Source: an uncultured cyanobacterium
Lineage (GTDB): Bacteria > Cyanobacteriota > Cyanobacteriia > Cyanobacteriales > CAWCAG01
Length of the DNA: 64,000 nt
Direction of reading: 5' to 3'
Assembly (NCBI GenBank): GCA_963793425.1
Contig: CAWCAG010000007.1
Span: 416,001-480,000 of the forward strand
Position 1 is the stretch's first letter; each line of letters starts with the position of its first letter. Position numbers and translations under genes: made by a program. Shown here in pieces: positions 1 through 9,670 of the stretch. The notes under the pieces are model-generated. The model searched no databases and was not told where the DNA came from. It saw nothing but the letters and a program-made list of their open reading frames with translations.

Positions 1-2
1 TT

Positions 3-800
3 CCTGGGTTATTAGGCAGCTTTTGGGGATTAATTCCCTGCGGTTTTTTGTATGCCGCCCAAATCAAAGCGGCACAAACGGGAAATCTGTGGTTAGGGGC
101 AGCCACAATGCTTTGTTTTGGTTTAGGAACAATGCCAGTAATGCTTGGGGTTGGTATATCAGCATCTCGCCTTAGCGCTTCCCATCGTAGTCAGTTATTT
201 CGTCTCGGCGGCTGGGTTACTCTCACTATCGGTATTTTAACCCTGTTACGTACTGATGCCATGGTAGATTATACAGGTCATATCTCCTTAGCCTTGTTAA
301 TCTTGACCCTAATCGCCCGCCCCCTTGGTAAACTTTGGAAACAACCTTTACATTATCGTAGAGCTATTGGTGTCGGGGCTTTTGTGCTGGCGATCGCCCA
401 TACATCCCACAGTCTCGATCATGCCTTAAACTGGCAATTACAAAACTTTTCTTTCCTGATCCTGCAACACCGTTTAGCTATGATAGCTGGAGTGATAGCT
501 TTATTCTTAATCATCCCTGCTGCCTGTACTAGTTTCAATTACTGGCAAAAAGTTTTAGGTAAACGTTGGCGACAAATCCATCTTTTAACCGTCCCTGCTT
601 TAATCTTCGCTACTCTCCACAGCATTTTCCTTGGTTCCCATTACCTAGGAGAATTAAACCTAACCTGGAACAATCAACTCCGCGTCATTGCCATCAGCTT
701 ACTAACCATCGGCACTTTAGCCTTGCGATCGCACTTTTTTTGGTCACTTTTTTGTCAAGGAAAGCTGTATGTATTTCCCAAAGGTATCAGCCAAAAGTAA
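3..800 (+). CDS. 5'-truncated membrane protein: DsbD_2/TauE-SafE-like region fused to a ferric-reductase-like (MsrQ-type) transmembrane domain
   Basis: Frame is open from position 3 (PGLLGSFWGLIPCGFLY, a GLxPCG motif; FGLGTMP). The C-terminal half has RRAIGV, a His in LAIAH, and WRQIHLL, as in heme-binding TM domains. Confidence 0.65.
   Translation, partial: PGLLGSFWGLIPCGFLYAAQIKAAQTGNLWLGAATMLCFGLGTMPVMLGVGISASRLSASHRSQLFRLGGWVTLTIGILTLLRTDAMVDYTGHISLALLILTLIARPLGKLWKQPLHYRRAIGVGAFVLAIAHTSHSLDHALNWQLQNFSFLILQHRLAMIAGVIALFLIIPAACTSFNYWQKVLGKRWRQIHLLTVPALIFATLHSIFLGSHYLGELNLTWNNQLRVIAISLLTIGTLALRSHFFWSLFCQGKLYVFPKGISQK
390..397. repeat. HIP1 octamer GCGATCGC (first of many copies, e.g. 725, 27273, 28409)
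   Basis: The palindromic octamer recurs throughout the window, a cyanobacterial genome signature. Confidence 0.9.
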
Positions 801-813
801 ATATACAGATAAA

Positions 814-1410
814 TCAAGATGACTTCATCTCTCTAGGATACCTTGCCTTACAAGGAGAACCCCAAGCTACTTGTTGTTGGGGAATGTCGCTGAAAACGCT
901 GCTACGAGCGCCCACAACAGCGTTTGCACCGATAGTTACTCCAGGCCCCACAAAACAATCTGCGGCTACCCACGCGCCATTACCGATGGCAATGGGAGAA
1001 ACCTGGAGGTTAAAGGCAGGGTCTTGTAAATCATGAGAGCCAGTGCAAAGGTAAGATTCTTGGGAAATAATGCAATGCTGACCGATGCGAATATCATCTA
1101 AGCTATACAAAACCACATCATCACCAATCCAACTATAATCCCCAATTTCTAGCTTCCAAGGATAGGTTATACGAGCCGTAGGGCGTATCGCTACCCCTTC
1201 ACCAATTTTGGCTCCAAACAAACGTAATAACCAGCAGCGAATGCCGTGGGAAGCATGGAGAGTTAAGGGAAAAATAATCCCTTGTACGAACCACCACAGA
1301 AGAATAAACCAACCAGGGCGACCCCGATCATACCAAGATTGATCGTATTTGCGTAGGTCAATTAAAGCTGGCTCATCTAATCGTGGTTTTTGTTTAGACT
1401 TTTGATTCAT
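814..1410 (-). CDS. hpsU: WcaF/HpsU-family polysaccharide acetyltransferase (hexapeptide repeat)
   Basis: DLRKYDQSWYDRGRPGW N-terminus, LRLFGAKIG, YPWKLEIGD, LCTGSHD, left-handed beta-helix repeats. Confidence 0.75.
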   Translation of the reverse strand: MNQKSKQKPRLDEPALIDLRKYDQSWYDRGRPGWFILLWWFVQGIIFPLTLHASHGIRCWLLRLFGAKIGEGVAIRPTARITYPWKLEIGDYSWIGDDVVLYSLDDIRIGQHCIISQESYLCTGSHDLQDPAFNLQVSPIAIGNGAWVAADCFVGPGVTIGANAVVGARSSVFSDIPQQQVAWGSPCKARYPREMKSS

Positions 1411-2356
1411 CTTTCACCAGTTGTTTAGGCTGGGAAACAGCAGGGGCTGACTTTTTGGCTTTAATTTCTTTAGGGTTCAAGGAGCCGCTAAACTTCATTA
1501 ATTCATACAATTTAACTCCAATTTGGTATTCGTACTGGGCTAAAAGACGACCATAAATATATCCTGGTTTACCATCCAAAAATCCCAAAAAGACGAAATA
1601 GAAGAGAATAAATCTAATTAAGGGTTTGAAAGGAACGTAGCGCACCCACATTTTTTTGAAAAAGCGTTTTCTCTCAGGGCCTTTACCAAAAGCCTTAGCT
1701 TCAATACTGTTACTATCTTGGCCATTAAGAATATTGAAGTAAACCCTTGCTTCCCAGTTAGAATAACGGTTGTGTCGGGCTAACCATTGATAAATATCTC
1801 GAAAATCTTCGTGGAGCATATCTTCATTTAGATAGCCCGTCCTTTCTAAAATTACGTGTTCGTGAACTTCGTTATCTCCGGTGTTACGAATATCTTCGGT
1901 TTTCAGATTCTCATAACGCCCTTTTGCGTGTTTGAATAAACGTAGATTCCAGTCAGGATATTTACCTCCCCAACGAATCCACTTACCCAAGAAAAACACC
2001 CTCCGGTTAAGATAATAACCGTCGAAGTCAGGATTTTTAATTGCTACAGCAATCTCATCCCAAAGTTCAGGAGTAATTCTTTCATCGCAATCAACAATTA
2101 AAATCCATTCGTTGCGAAAAGGTAAATTTTCTAATGACCAATTCTTTTTTTTCGGCCAACTACCGTTGAAATGGAATTGTACAACTTTAGCGCCATAAGC
2201 TTCAGAAATTTCTATAGAACGATCCTCGCTTTGAGAATCGACAACAAAAATTTCATCTGCCCTAACAACGCTTTCTAGACAAGCTGGAAGATTAAGCTCT
2301 TCATTTTTAGCAGGAATTAAAACTGATACTGGAACTGGTGCAGACTTAGAGGTCAT
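1394..2356 (-). CDS. Glycosyltransferase family 2
   Basis: VSVLIPAKNEE, VVDSQSED, IVDCDE (DxD), EVHEH. Overlaps the acetyltransferase start. Confidence 0.9.
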   Translation of the reverse strand: MTSKSAPVPVSVLIPAKNEELNLPACLESVVRADEIFVVDSQSEDRSIEISEAYGAKVVQFHFNGSWPKKKNWSLENLPFRNEWILIVDCDERITPELWDEIAVAIKNPDFDGYYLNRRVFFLGKWIRWGGKYPDWNLRLFKHAKGRYENLKTEDIRNTGDNEVHEHVILERTGYLNEDMLHEDFRDIYQWLARHNRYSNWEARVYFNILNGQDSNSIEAKAFGKGPERKRFFKKMWVRYVPFKPLIRFILFYFVFLGFLDGKPGYIYGRLLAQYEYQIGVKLYELMKFSGSLNPKEIKAKKSAPAVSQPKQLVKDESKV

Positions 2357-2400
2357 GGTTTTTCGGTAAGAGGCAGGAAGGGCAAGGGAAAAATCTCTTT

Positions 2401-3066
2401 TTACTCGCTTAATTTGCTGTGCATGATTACAAGGGTTTCTGATAGATCACTAAGGCGAGTTTCTAGCTCCTTTTTGCGACTCAATAACAGCCGGAGTTTT
2501 TGATAACGGGCGATCGCGACGCTAACATTGGGAACTTCATCAGGGGGACAAAGTTTCGACCATGATTGACCACTTTCGTCTAAGCCGCAGAGTCGATATC
2601 CGGGACGAGGGGTTTCATAAGTAATATTGGCATCAAATAGTTCTTCGACATAATCCATTAATCTATCTGTTTCGGCTTTCCGAACTGAAGAAGAGCCTTC
2701 TTCAGCACGACGACTATGGGATTCTAGCCAACCATCAACAATAGGCCCTTCCAAGTAAATATCTTGAATTTGCCTGACAACTCCCTGAAGTTCTTTTTGC
2801 CAACCTTCCACAATGGCTTCAATATCTTTTAACAATGAACTTGCTAAAGCGGGATTGGTGCTGTGGTTATGGCTACTAATCTTAGCGGGCTTGACTTTAG
2901 GCAAAGCAGGCATTTTTAAATCTTGCCTACTTTGAGTATCCCTAAGATCATCTACTGTAATGGTAAAAGATGGTGTTTTCGATGTATCAGAGTTTCCTTT
3001 TGTCGTAAGATTGTTTTGCTCTAACTTATCGAGGGTTGTTTCTATTTGTTTCAATTCTGGTTTCAT
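2401..3066 (-). CDS. Conserved cyanobacterial hypothetical protein (coiled-coil)
   Basis: 221-aa ORF co-oriented with GT2; IYLEGPIVDGWLES motif. Confidence 0.65.
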   Translation of the reverse strand: MKPELKQIETTLDKLEQNNLTTKGNSDTSKTPSFTITVDDLRDTQSRQDLKMPALPKVKPAKISSHNHSTNPALASSLLKDIEAIVEGWQKELQGVVRQIQDIYLEGPIVDGWLESHSRRAEEGSSSVRKAETDRLMDYVEELFDANITYETPRPGYRLCGLDESGQSWSKLCPPDEVPNVSVAIARYQKLRLLLSRKKELETRLSDLSETLVIMHSKLSE

Positions 3067-3238
3067 AAACTCTTCTGTGCCAAGAGCGCTCAGTTGACAA
3101 CTGGTGTTTTTCTACTTTACTAAATATATTTGTTATTGATAACTACTGAACAAACTAAGAAAAATAAAAGTTCTCTTATAACTGTTCATGAAAACTGTAG
3201 TGCTATGCCTTTATCCCTAGACATCACTGTTTTAACTT

Positions 3239-3811
3239 GTGAATCTAAAAGAAGCAACAGCAAAAGAAATAATTTTAATTACTGGTCCAGCAAGTTCTGG
3301 TAAAAGTGAGTGGGCAGAAAAACTGGCCCAGCAGAAGAAGCAACCTGTTATCTATGTTGCCACAGGAAGAATAGATTCTAATGATGAAGAATGGCGATTA
3401 CGTATTGCCAAACACGCTTCCCGTCGTCCTCCAGAATGGGAAACAGCTTTAGTTCCCAGAGAATTAGCAGCAAAAATTCGCTCTACATCCCATTCTCAAT
3501 GCTTGTTGGTCGATTCTTTAGGTACTTGGCTAGCTAATATTCTTTCTCAAGAAGAAGAGGTTTGGCAAGAAACAAAAAAAGATTTACTTGAAAGTTTGCA
3601 CCAAACTCCTAGTAACCTAATTTTGGTTGGTGAGGAAACAGGCTGGGGAATTGTTCCTGCTTATCCTCTGGGCAGAACTTTTCGGGATCGTTTAGGTAAT
3701 TTAATTAGAGAAATTGGTGCGATCGCCAATGTGGTTTATCTGGTAACAGGAGGTCATGCTTTGAATCTAACTACTTTAGGTACTCCTTTAGGAGCTAGGG
3801 AGCTAGGGTAA
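3239..3811 (+). CDS. cobU: Adenosylcobinamide kinase / adenosylcobinamide-phosphate guanylyltransferase
   Basis: GPASSGKSEWAE P-loop, YVATG, RIAKH, LVDSLGTW, EETGWGIVP, R.FRDRLG. Confidence 0.93.
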   Translation: MNLKEATAKEIILITGPASSGKSEWAEKLAQQKKQPVIYVATGRIDSNDEEWRLRIAKHASRRPPEWETALVPRELAAKIRSTSHSQCLLVDSLGTWLANILSQEEEVWQETKKDLLESLHQTPSNLILVGEETGWGIVPAYPLGRTFRDRLGNLIREIGAIANVVYLVTGGHALNLTTLGTPLGARELG

Positions 3812-3912
3812 TTGGGGATTGGGTGATGATCTATAACTGCACAGCTTTGCTGTTGTCGTGGGTATCATTGATAAACTAAAGTTAGGTCTATTAAATAAGG
3901 CAATTTTGAGCT

Positions 3913-4329
3913 ATGGCATCGGAAGCAGAAGTTAAACAGTATCTTGCTCATTGGTTTCAATTGGGTAAGAAAGTAATCCTCAATAACGCCCAAGAGAAGC
4001 TTTTACCAAATCCTGTCATCATTGGCGATCACTACTCCCAGGCTTTTGAAGATTGTTGGCGCAAAATTTTGGCTGCCAATCAAAATGATTCTTACCTAGA
4101 AGGTACTGAAGAAACCATCGCTGATTTGCTATCTTTTGGTTGGGAAATATCCTCTTGTGCTAATTGTGAAATGCCTGTCCCAACTAAAAGCTTAGGGGTT
4201 TCATCTTTACCCTGTCCTTGTCAAGATATCCCCAACTGGCCCAGTACAGAAATTCCCCAACCCAGATTACCAGTCAACAGTCAGAAAAGTTTAAGCGGTA
4301 TTAGCCAGCGCCTGAGTAAAATGAAGTAA
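3913..4329 (+). CDS. Conserved cyanobacterial hypothetical protein with Cys motifs
   Basis: YLAHWFQLGKK N-terminus; CxxC and CPC motifs. Confidence 0.7.
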   Translation: MASEAEVKQYLAHWFQLGKKVILNNAQEKLLPNPVIIGDHYSQAFEDCWRKILAANQNDSYLEGTEETIADLLSFGWEISSCANCEMPVPTKSLGVSSLPCPCQDIPNWPSTEIPQPRLPVNSQKSLSGISQRLSKMK

Positions 4330-4334
4330 CTGAT

Positions 4335-6254
4335 TTAATTATCTACCCAAGGATCAACATCTAAAGGAAGATCCCGATTCGCTTCTGCTACAGAAGCATA
4401 TTGAGGCTTGTCCCACTTGGCTGTAGGAATGGAGGCGATGAGCTTGCGGGTGTATTCCTTTTCTGGGGCGCGGTAAATTTGTTCTGCGGGGGCAATTTCT
4501 TCGATTTGACCTTTGTTCATCACCATGATGCGATCGCTCATGAATTTAACAACGCTTAAGTCATGGGAGATGAAAATATAAGTTAAACGGAATTCTGCTT
4601 GTAGTTCTTTCAATAAGTTCAAGACTTGAGCTTGAATAGAAACATCAAGGGCAGAAACGGATTCGTCACAAATGATAAACTTAGGGTTAAGGGCCAAAGC
4701 CCGGGCGATACAAACCCTTTGGCGTTGTCCTCCAGAAAATTCGTGGGGATAGCGATTAGTCCAAGCGGGGTTTAAACCTACCCTGTCTAATAGGTAAGCG
4801 ACTCTTTCTTGACGCTGACGCTTATTTTGACCCCAATTATGTATAGTCAGGGGTTCTAAAATGGTTTTACCAATATTGCGACGAGGATTCAAGGAGTTAT
4901 AGGGATTTTGAAAAACAATTTGTAGATCACTTCTTAAACGGCGCAAACTTTTTCCTTTTAAATTGGTTATATCTCGCCCTTCAAAAATAATCTGCCCTTG
5001 CATTTCTTTATTTAAACGTAGCAGGGTACGAGCTAAAGTAGATTTGCCGCAACCAGATTCTCCTACTAATCCCAAGGTTTCACCAGGGTAGACAGCAAAA
5101 GAAACTCCGTTAACAGCTATGAAATAGCGTTTTGTTTGCCCTAAAACTCCTTTCAAAGGGAAACCTACATGGAGATTTTTTACTTCTAATAAAGGAGGAG
5201 AGGAAGAAGAAGACGAGTCGGCAATTCCTTGACTACCATTGTTAACTAGCTTCGGTTCAACCGGAAGAGCTGTCGTTTTTTCAATAATGAGCAATTCCCC
5301 GTTGCTATCTTGAGATACATCCATAAAATCGGAGACGGTGGGTAATTGTTCTGCTTGACTATCTAAACTGGGGCGACAAGCCAATAAACCTTTAGTGTAG
5401 GGATGGTTAGGGCGGACAAAAATATTTTCTACTGTTCCTTCTTCCACAATCTTCCCTTGGTACATCACTGCTACATGATCAGCAATTTCAGCGATAACTC
5501 CTAAGTCATGGGTAATGAAAATCATTGACATACCACGGGCGGAACATAATTCTCGCAACAAATCTAGGATAGTTGCTTGTACAGTAACATCTAGGGCGGT
5601 GGTAGGTTCGTCAGCAATTAATAAGGTAGGATTGCAAGCAATAGCCATAGCAATCATCACCCTTTGTAATTGCCCTCCTGAGAGTTCGTGGGGATAGCGT
5701 TTGAGGATAGCCCGTTTGCGTTCGTTAATATACTCATTAATGGCGCGTTCACTATTTGTGGGGCCATATTCTGCCAGATAACTTTCCCGAAACTTTTCGT
5801 CACGGGGAAGTAATTTAACCTCTTGAAGGCTGGCGATCGCTTGTCGTCTTGCTTCAACAGGAGAAACATTTTGATGTAAGAGAATAGCTTCTGTGATTTG
5901 AAAACCGATGTTATATACTGGATTTAGAGAACTCATGGGTTCTTGGAAAATCATCGCTATTTCCTTGCCCCGGTAATTCCTTCTTTGTTCCTCTTTCAAT
6001 GTTTCCAGGTTAACAGCAGGAGTATCTGCCGAGGAAGTAAACCAAATTTCTCCCCCTGCAATAATTCCCGGCTTAGGAACCAAACCCATAACCCCTAAAG
6101 ATGTAACAGATTTACCTGAACCAGATTCTCCGACAATACCTAAAGTTTTTCCCCTAGTTAGCTGAAAATCAATGCCATCTACTGCCGAAACAACTCTACC
6201 TTGACTAATAAATTGAACTTTTAGGTTGCGAACATCTAAAACAGTATCAGTCAT
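4335..6254 (-). CDS. Peptide/nickel-type ABC transporter ATP-binding protein with two fused ATPase domains
   Basis: Two Walker A motifs (GESGSGKS, GESGCGKS), two SGGQ signatures, HPYTKGLL. Confidence 0.93.
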   Translation of the reverse strand: MTDTVLDVRNLKVQFISQGRVVSAVDGIDFQLTRGKTLGIVGESGSGKSVTSLGVMGLVPKPGIIAGGEIWFTSSADTPAVNLETLKEEQRRNYRGKEIAMIFQEPMSSLNPVYNIGFQITEAILLHQNVSPVEARRQAIASLQEVKLLPRDEKFRESYLAEYGPTNSERAINEYINERKRAILKRYPHELSGGQLQRVMIAMAIACNPTLLIADEPTTALDVTVQATILDLLRELCSARGMSMIFITHDLGVIAEIADHVAVMYQGKIVEEGTVENIFVRPNHPYTKGLLACRPSLDSQAEQLPTVSDFMDVSQDSNGELLIIEKTTALPVEPKLVNNGSQGIADSSSSSSPPLLEVKNLHVGFPLKGVLGQTKRYFIAVNGVSFAVYPGETLGLVGESGCGKSTLARTLLRLNKEMQGQIIFEGRDITNLKGKSLRRLRSDLQIVFQNPYNSLNPRRNIGKTILEPLTIHNWGQNKRQRQERVAYLLDRVGLNPAWTNRYPHEFSGGQRQRVCIARALALNPKFIICDESVSALDVSIQAQVLNLLKELQAEFRLTYIFISHDLSVVKFMSDRIMVMNKGQIEEIAPAEQIYRAPEKEYTRKLIASIPTAKWDKPQYASVAEANRDLPLDVDPWVDN

Positions 6255-6321
6255 AGCTTTGGCAGTTAGTAGGTTATTAAGTTTAGTTTAAGAGAAGTAG
6301 CCGATAATTTCGCATTTTCTC

Positions 6322-7227
6322 TTACTTTTGCTGTATTAAAGCAGAACCAACAGGACAAATAATTTTTCCTTCAGTATCGAGGGTATCTAAATCTATAACA
6401 GGGGGAGTAAGGGAAGGTTCGTCTGTCCGACAGATTCCCATGACAATCGCTTCTTCTTCAGTAACAAAAATAGCGCCAGTATAGCTAGGAAGCTCTGCTT
6501 CAGTAGGTGTAGCGGTTATGAAAACTTTTTTAGCCTCATCTGTGGGAGAGTTAATATCATAGCGATAGAACTGACTTTCTAAGGTTGCCACAATACCCAT
6601 TTCTTCCAGGTTGGTGGCAAACTTACCTTTTTCTTTAAAATAACTCTGTTGGGCTAATCCTAAAATATTGATGTATTGTACAGCAATGCTAGGTTGAGTT
6701 GCACTCTCAAACTCTTCTGGGGCAATAAGTTCAATATTTTCCGGTAATTCAATGCGAGTAGAAATCTTCTCAAATAAAAGTGCTTCTGAGGTGAATTTTT
6801 CGGGGCGATTTTCTCCAGGAGAAGTGTTTTCAATGCGTAATTGCTTTTCACCTGCCAACTCAAATATTGTGAAACTTGTATCTTGCTCACTAAAAGAAAT
6901 ATCTAATTGGTAAGGTTTTGTGTTTCCATTAATTCGATAACTGGCTTCAAGAGCAACATTCTTCTCTCCTTCTGCAAAAATCAGGAATAATTTGCCTCTA
7001 GGGGCAAAAATCATGATTAGGGTTTCGTCAGTATCTAAATCTTGAGTTTGCCATTCTCCCAATAATTCTTGTATTACAGCCTTTGTTTCTTTCGCTTCCG
7101 CCTCAGCTTGATTTTGGCGAAAAGGAGGTTGGGCAACAACGGGGGAAATATTACTAATCCCTAATACTAAACAACCCACTAAAGTTAATTTTCGAGATAA
7201 TTCCAGCATTCTTATACTATTGAGCAT
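6322..7227 (-). CDS. Secreted protein with a C-terminal type IV pilin-like G/H (Pilin_GH) domain
   Basis: Signal peptide (VVAQ). C-terminal AQQSYFKEKGKFA...YRYDI...LPSYTGAIF...GICRT...CPVGS is typical of Pilin_GH. Confidence 0.7.
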   Translation of the reverse strand: MLNSIRMLELSRKLTLVGCLVLGISNISPVVAQPPFRQNQAEAEAKETKAVIQELLGEWQTQDLDTDETLIMIFAPRGKLFLIFAEGEKNVALEASYRINGNTKPYQLDISFSEQDTSFTIFELAGEKQLRIENTSPGENRPEKFTSEALLFEKISTRIELPENIELIAPEEFESATQPSIAVQYINILGLAQQSYFKEKGKFATNLEEMGIVATLESQFYRYDINSPTDEAKKVFITATPTEAELPSYTGAIFVTEEEAIVMGICRTDEPSLTPPVIDLDTLDTEGKIICPVGSALIQQK

Positions 7228-7277
7228 TTATTTATTAAATATTAAACATTGGTTATTAATAATTAAGCAATTAGCCA

Positions 7278-7835
7278 TTAATAAATAGCTGTTAGCAATT
7301 TTTCCTCCGTACATACAGCATCTAACTTCCCATCCCAAGGTTCAATTGGTAAGCAAGATACATAAGCAAAATCAAAAACAATTCCTACAGTAGGTTTCAA
7401 TTGCCATTCAACTTGACTGAACATTCGGTCATAGAAACCACCACCATAGCCTAAACGGTAGCCTCGCCTATCACAAGCAACTCCAGGAACCAAGATCAAA
7501 TCCACTTCTGCCGGTTTGAGAACCGGTGAATATGGCTCAGGCTCTTGAATGCCATAAATCCCTTGTATTAACCTTTGTTGAGGCTTCCAGAGATGCCAGG
7601 AAAGAGATTTAGCAACACATCTAGGGAATCCCCATCTTTGTTTGTTGTTGAATAACGAACTCAAATCTGGTTCTTGACGAAAGCTAAAATAAGCCAGAAT
7701 AGTTCTCGCTTGCTTAAACTGAGGCCAAGCTTGGAGATGAACACATAAACTATCACTGTTTTTTCGCCAAACATCTTTAGGCAGCGATCGCCTCTTAGCA
7801 ATTAATTCCCGTCGTAGGACAGCTTTTTCTTTCAT
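7278..7835 (-). CDS. 5-formyltetrahydrofolate cyclo-ligase
   Basis: K..LRR N-terminus; DLILVPGVACDRRGYRLGYGGGFYDR. Confidence 0.95.
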   Translation of the reverse strand: MKEKAVLRRELIAKRRSLPKDVWRKNSDSLCVHLQAWPQFKQARTILAYFSFRQEPDLSSLFNNKQRWGFPRCVAKSLSWHLWKPQQRLIQGIYGIQEPEPYSPVLKPAEVDLILVPGVACDRRGYRLGYGGGFYDRMFSQVEWQLKPTVGIVFDFAYVSCLPIEPWDGKLDAVCTEEKLLTAIY

Positions 7836-8770
7836 TTGCCTTGTTGGTTGGCCAAATTTTCCTGTTCAATTCTCTCCAAAGCCAGCAACTCTTCTCTTCT
7901 CCTTCTTTTTTCTCTCATTTCTTCTCCTACAGTAGCGTTTAACTGATCACCAATCAGCATAATCAAAGCGCTCAAATAAAGCCATAACATCAAAATAATC
8001 ACTGCCCCCACCGCACCATAAATTTTGTTGTAGTTACCAAAATTAGTCACATACAAGCGAAATAAACTAGAAACTCCAGCCCAAGAAAAAGCTGCTAGAA
8101 TCGCGCCGGGAAAAATAGGAGTACCTTTGATCCAACGACTGGGGCCAAAACGATAAATAAAAGCAAAGGCGATCGCTACAATCATTAAACCAAGGGGTTG
8201 GTTCAAATACCCCCAAAAAATTAATAATAAAGAAGCTCCCGTTGTCTTCACCGCTAAGTCGATAATCGTATCGCTAATTAAAACTAGAAAAGAGGCAATT
8301 AGCAACAAAAAAATTGTCCCAACAGTAAGTAAAAGGGAAATAATTTTTGCTTTCCAAAAAGGCCTTCTTTGCTTAGAAGGGACTTGGTGAATCAGATCCA
8401 GAGCATTCATAGCTGCACTTAAAGCACCGGAAGAAATCCAAATAGCAGCAGCAAAACTAACCGAAAACCAACTTCTACCCTTGTCTAATTTAACTCCTTC
8501 AACAAAATCATTGAGCAATTGCCAGACTTGGTAAGGAGCCATGATTTCTAGCTGATTGGTGAGATTATAAAGAGTTGATTGTAAAGACTCTTCAAACATC
8601 CCTAAAGCTGTCAGCATTGCCAAGATTGCCGGAAATAAAGCTAACATTGCACCATAGGCAATTTCAGCAGACAACCCCGTCAAACGCCTTTTGAAGGCGC
8701 GAACAATGGTTTTTCGTAAGGTTGCCCAAGTAAGATGACGAAAAAAGCTGAAGAAACGGGAGACTCCCAT
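7832..8770 (-). CDS. YihY/virulence factor BrkB family membrane protein
   Basis: LSAEIAY..MLALFP, YRFGP, PGA, YNKIYGAVGAVIILMLWLY. Confidence 0.92.
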   Translation of the reverse strand: MGVSRFFSFFRHLTWATLRKTIVRAFKRRLTGLSAEIAYGAMLALFPAILAMLTALGMFEESLQSTLYNLTNQLEIMAPYQVWQLLNDFVEGVKLDKGRSWFSVSFAAAIWISSGALSAAMNALDLIHQVPSKQRRPFWKAKIISLLLTVGTIFLLLIASFLVLISDTIIDLAVKTTGASLLLIFWGYLNQPLGLMIVAIAFAFIYRFGPSRWIKGTPIFPGAILAAFSWAGVSSLFRLYVTNFGNYNKIYGAVGAVIILMLWLYLSALIMLIGDQLNATVGEEMREKRRRREELLALERIEQENLANQQGK

Positions 8771-8832
8771 ATTGTCAGATTTTGGCGATAATGTTCATAT
8801 GCTAATTTGCCCTATGTCAGAAAGAATGACAC

Positions 8833-8970
8833 TTGATATCCTCCCACCGATAAATCGGGGGATTCCCAACAGCCATCAAGCTACTGGGGTGGTACTCACT
8901 TCACAGACAGTAGCTTCAGAGTTTTTCTGAAGTCTGACACCATCTCCATGAGGGCTGTTGTGTCCCAGCC
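8833..8970 (-). ncRNA. Putative TnpB omegaRNA/reRNA scaffold
   Basis: Overlaps the tnpB 3' end and the right end. Minus-strand hairpins GGGCTG..CAGCCC, CTTCAGA..TCTGAAG and the end hairpin. Position inferred from known IS605 biology. Confidence 0.5.
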
Positions 8971-9196
8971 CAATGATTCTCATTCCTTCTTGTCTAATAT
9001 TCTTCGCAGCATTTTCGTCTCTCAAAAGCTTTGTTTGACAAGACTCGCAAGTCCATTCTCTTTCTTTTAGCTGCAACTGTTCATACTGCAAACTCAATGC
9101 TTTATTCCACCAGGATCTAGCACAGCCAAATTGCCTAGCCAGTGACTGTTTTTGCTCTGTTGTGGGGTAAATTCTTACCTTGATTGCTCGTCTCAT
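8876..9196 (-). pseudogene. tnpB: tnpB with a large in-frame internal deletion (106 aa)
   Basis: N-terminal HTH_OrfB (AIKVRIYPT..Q...LARQFGCAR..WN) is joined directly to the C-terminal REWTCESC...RDENAAKNI. RuvC-I/II and the first zinc-finger CxxC are missing. Confidence 0.88.
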
Positions 9197-9238
9197 GGCT
9201 ATAATTATAACATCTCATTGCTATGTATAACTATCTTC

Positions 9239-9670
9239 ATGAAAATCAGATATAACAGAGCTTATAGAGGGGTGTACAATCTCACCGCTCACTTTGTTTT
9301 TGTCACTAAATACCGTAAATCTATATTTAATGACAGCTTCGTCAAGGAACTTGAAGAAATATTTCAATCTGTTTTGAAAACTAGAGAGTGCGAATTATTA
9401 GAGTTTAATGGCGAATCAGACCATGTTCATTGCCTGATTAGTTACAAACCCAGTCTTTCTGTATCTAATCTAGTTGCCAATCTCAAGGCAACATCTAGTA
9501 AGACTTTGTGGCGCAATCATCCAGAATATCTTGAGAAACAATATTGGGGAAAAAGAGTTTTGTGGACTGGCAGCTATTTCGTGGCTTCTTGCGGCGGTGT
9601 TACCATTGAGCAACTACGCAAATACGTCGAACAGCAAGACAGACCCTTACCCCATAATCTCTGTCCGTAA
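9239..9670 (+). CDS. tnpA: IS200/IS605 HUH (Y1) transposase
   Basis: HFVFVTKYR, DHVH (HUH), LKATSS, LWTGSYF, catalytic Y in YVEQQ. ATG at 9239. Confidence 0.95.
   Translation: MKIRYNRAYRGVYNLTAHFVFVTKYRKSIFNDSFVKELEEIFQSVLKTRECELLEFNGESDHVHCLISYKPSLSVSNLVANLKATSSKTLWRNHPEYLEKQYWGKRVLWTGSYFVASCGGVTIEQLRKYVEQQDRPLPHNLCP

Noticed and set aside
5700..5810. Insertion in the first ABC ATPase domain as an intein
   Set aside because: It is only ~35 aa and has no intein terminal motifs (C/S...HN).
9152..9238. N-terminal extension of tnpA
   Set aside because: It overlaps the divergent tnpB start; the ATG at 9239 gives a normal-sized TnpA.
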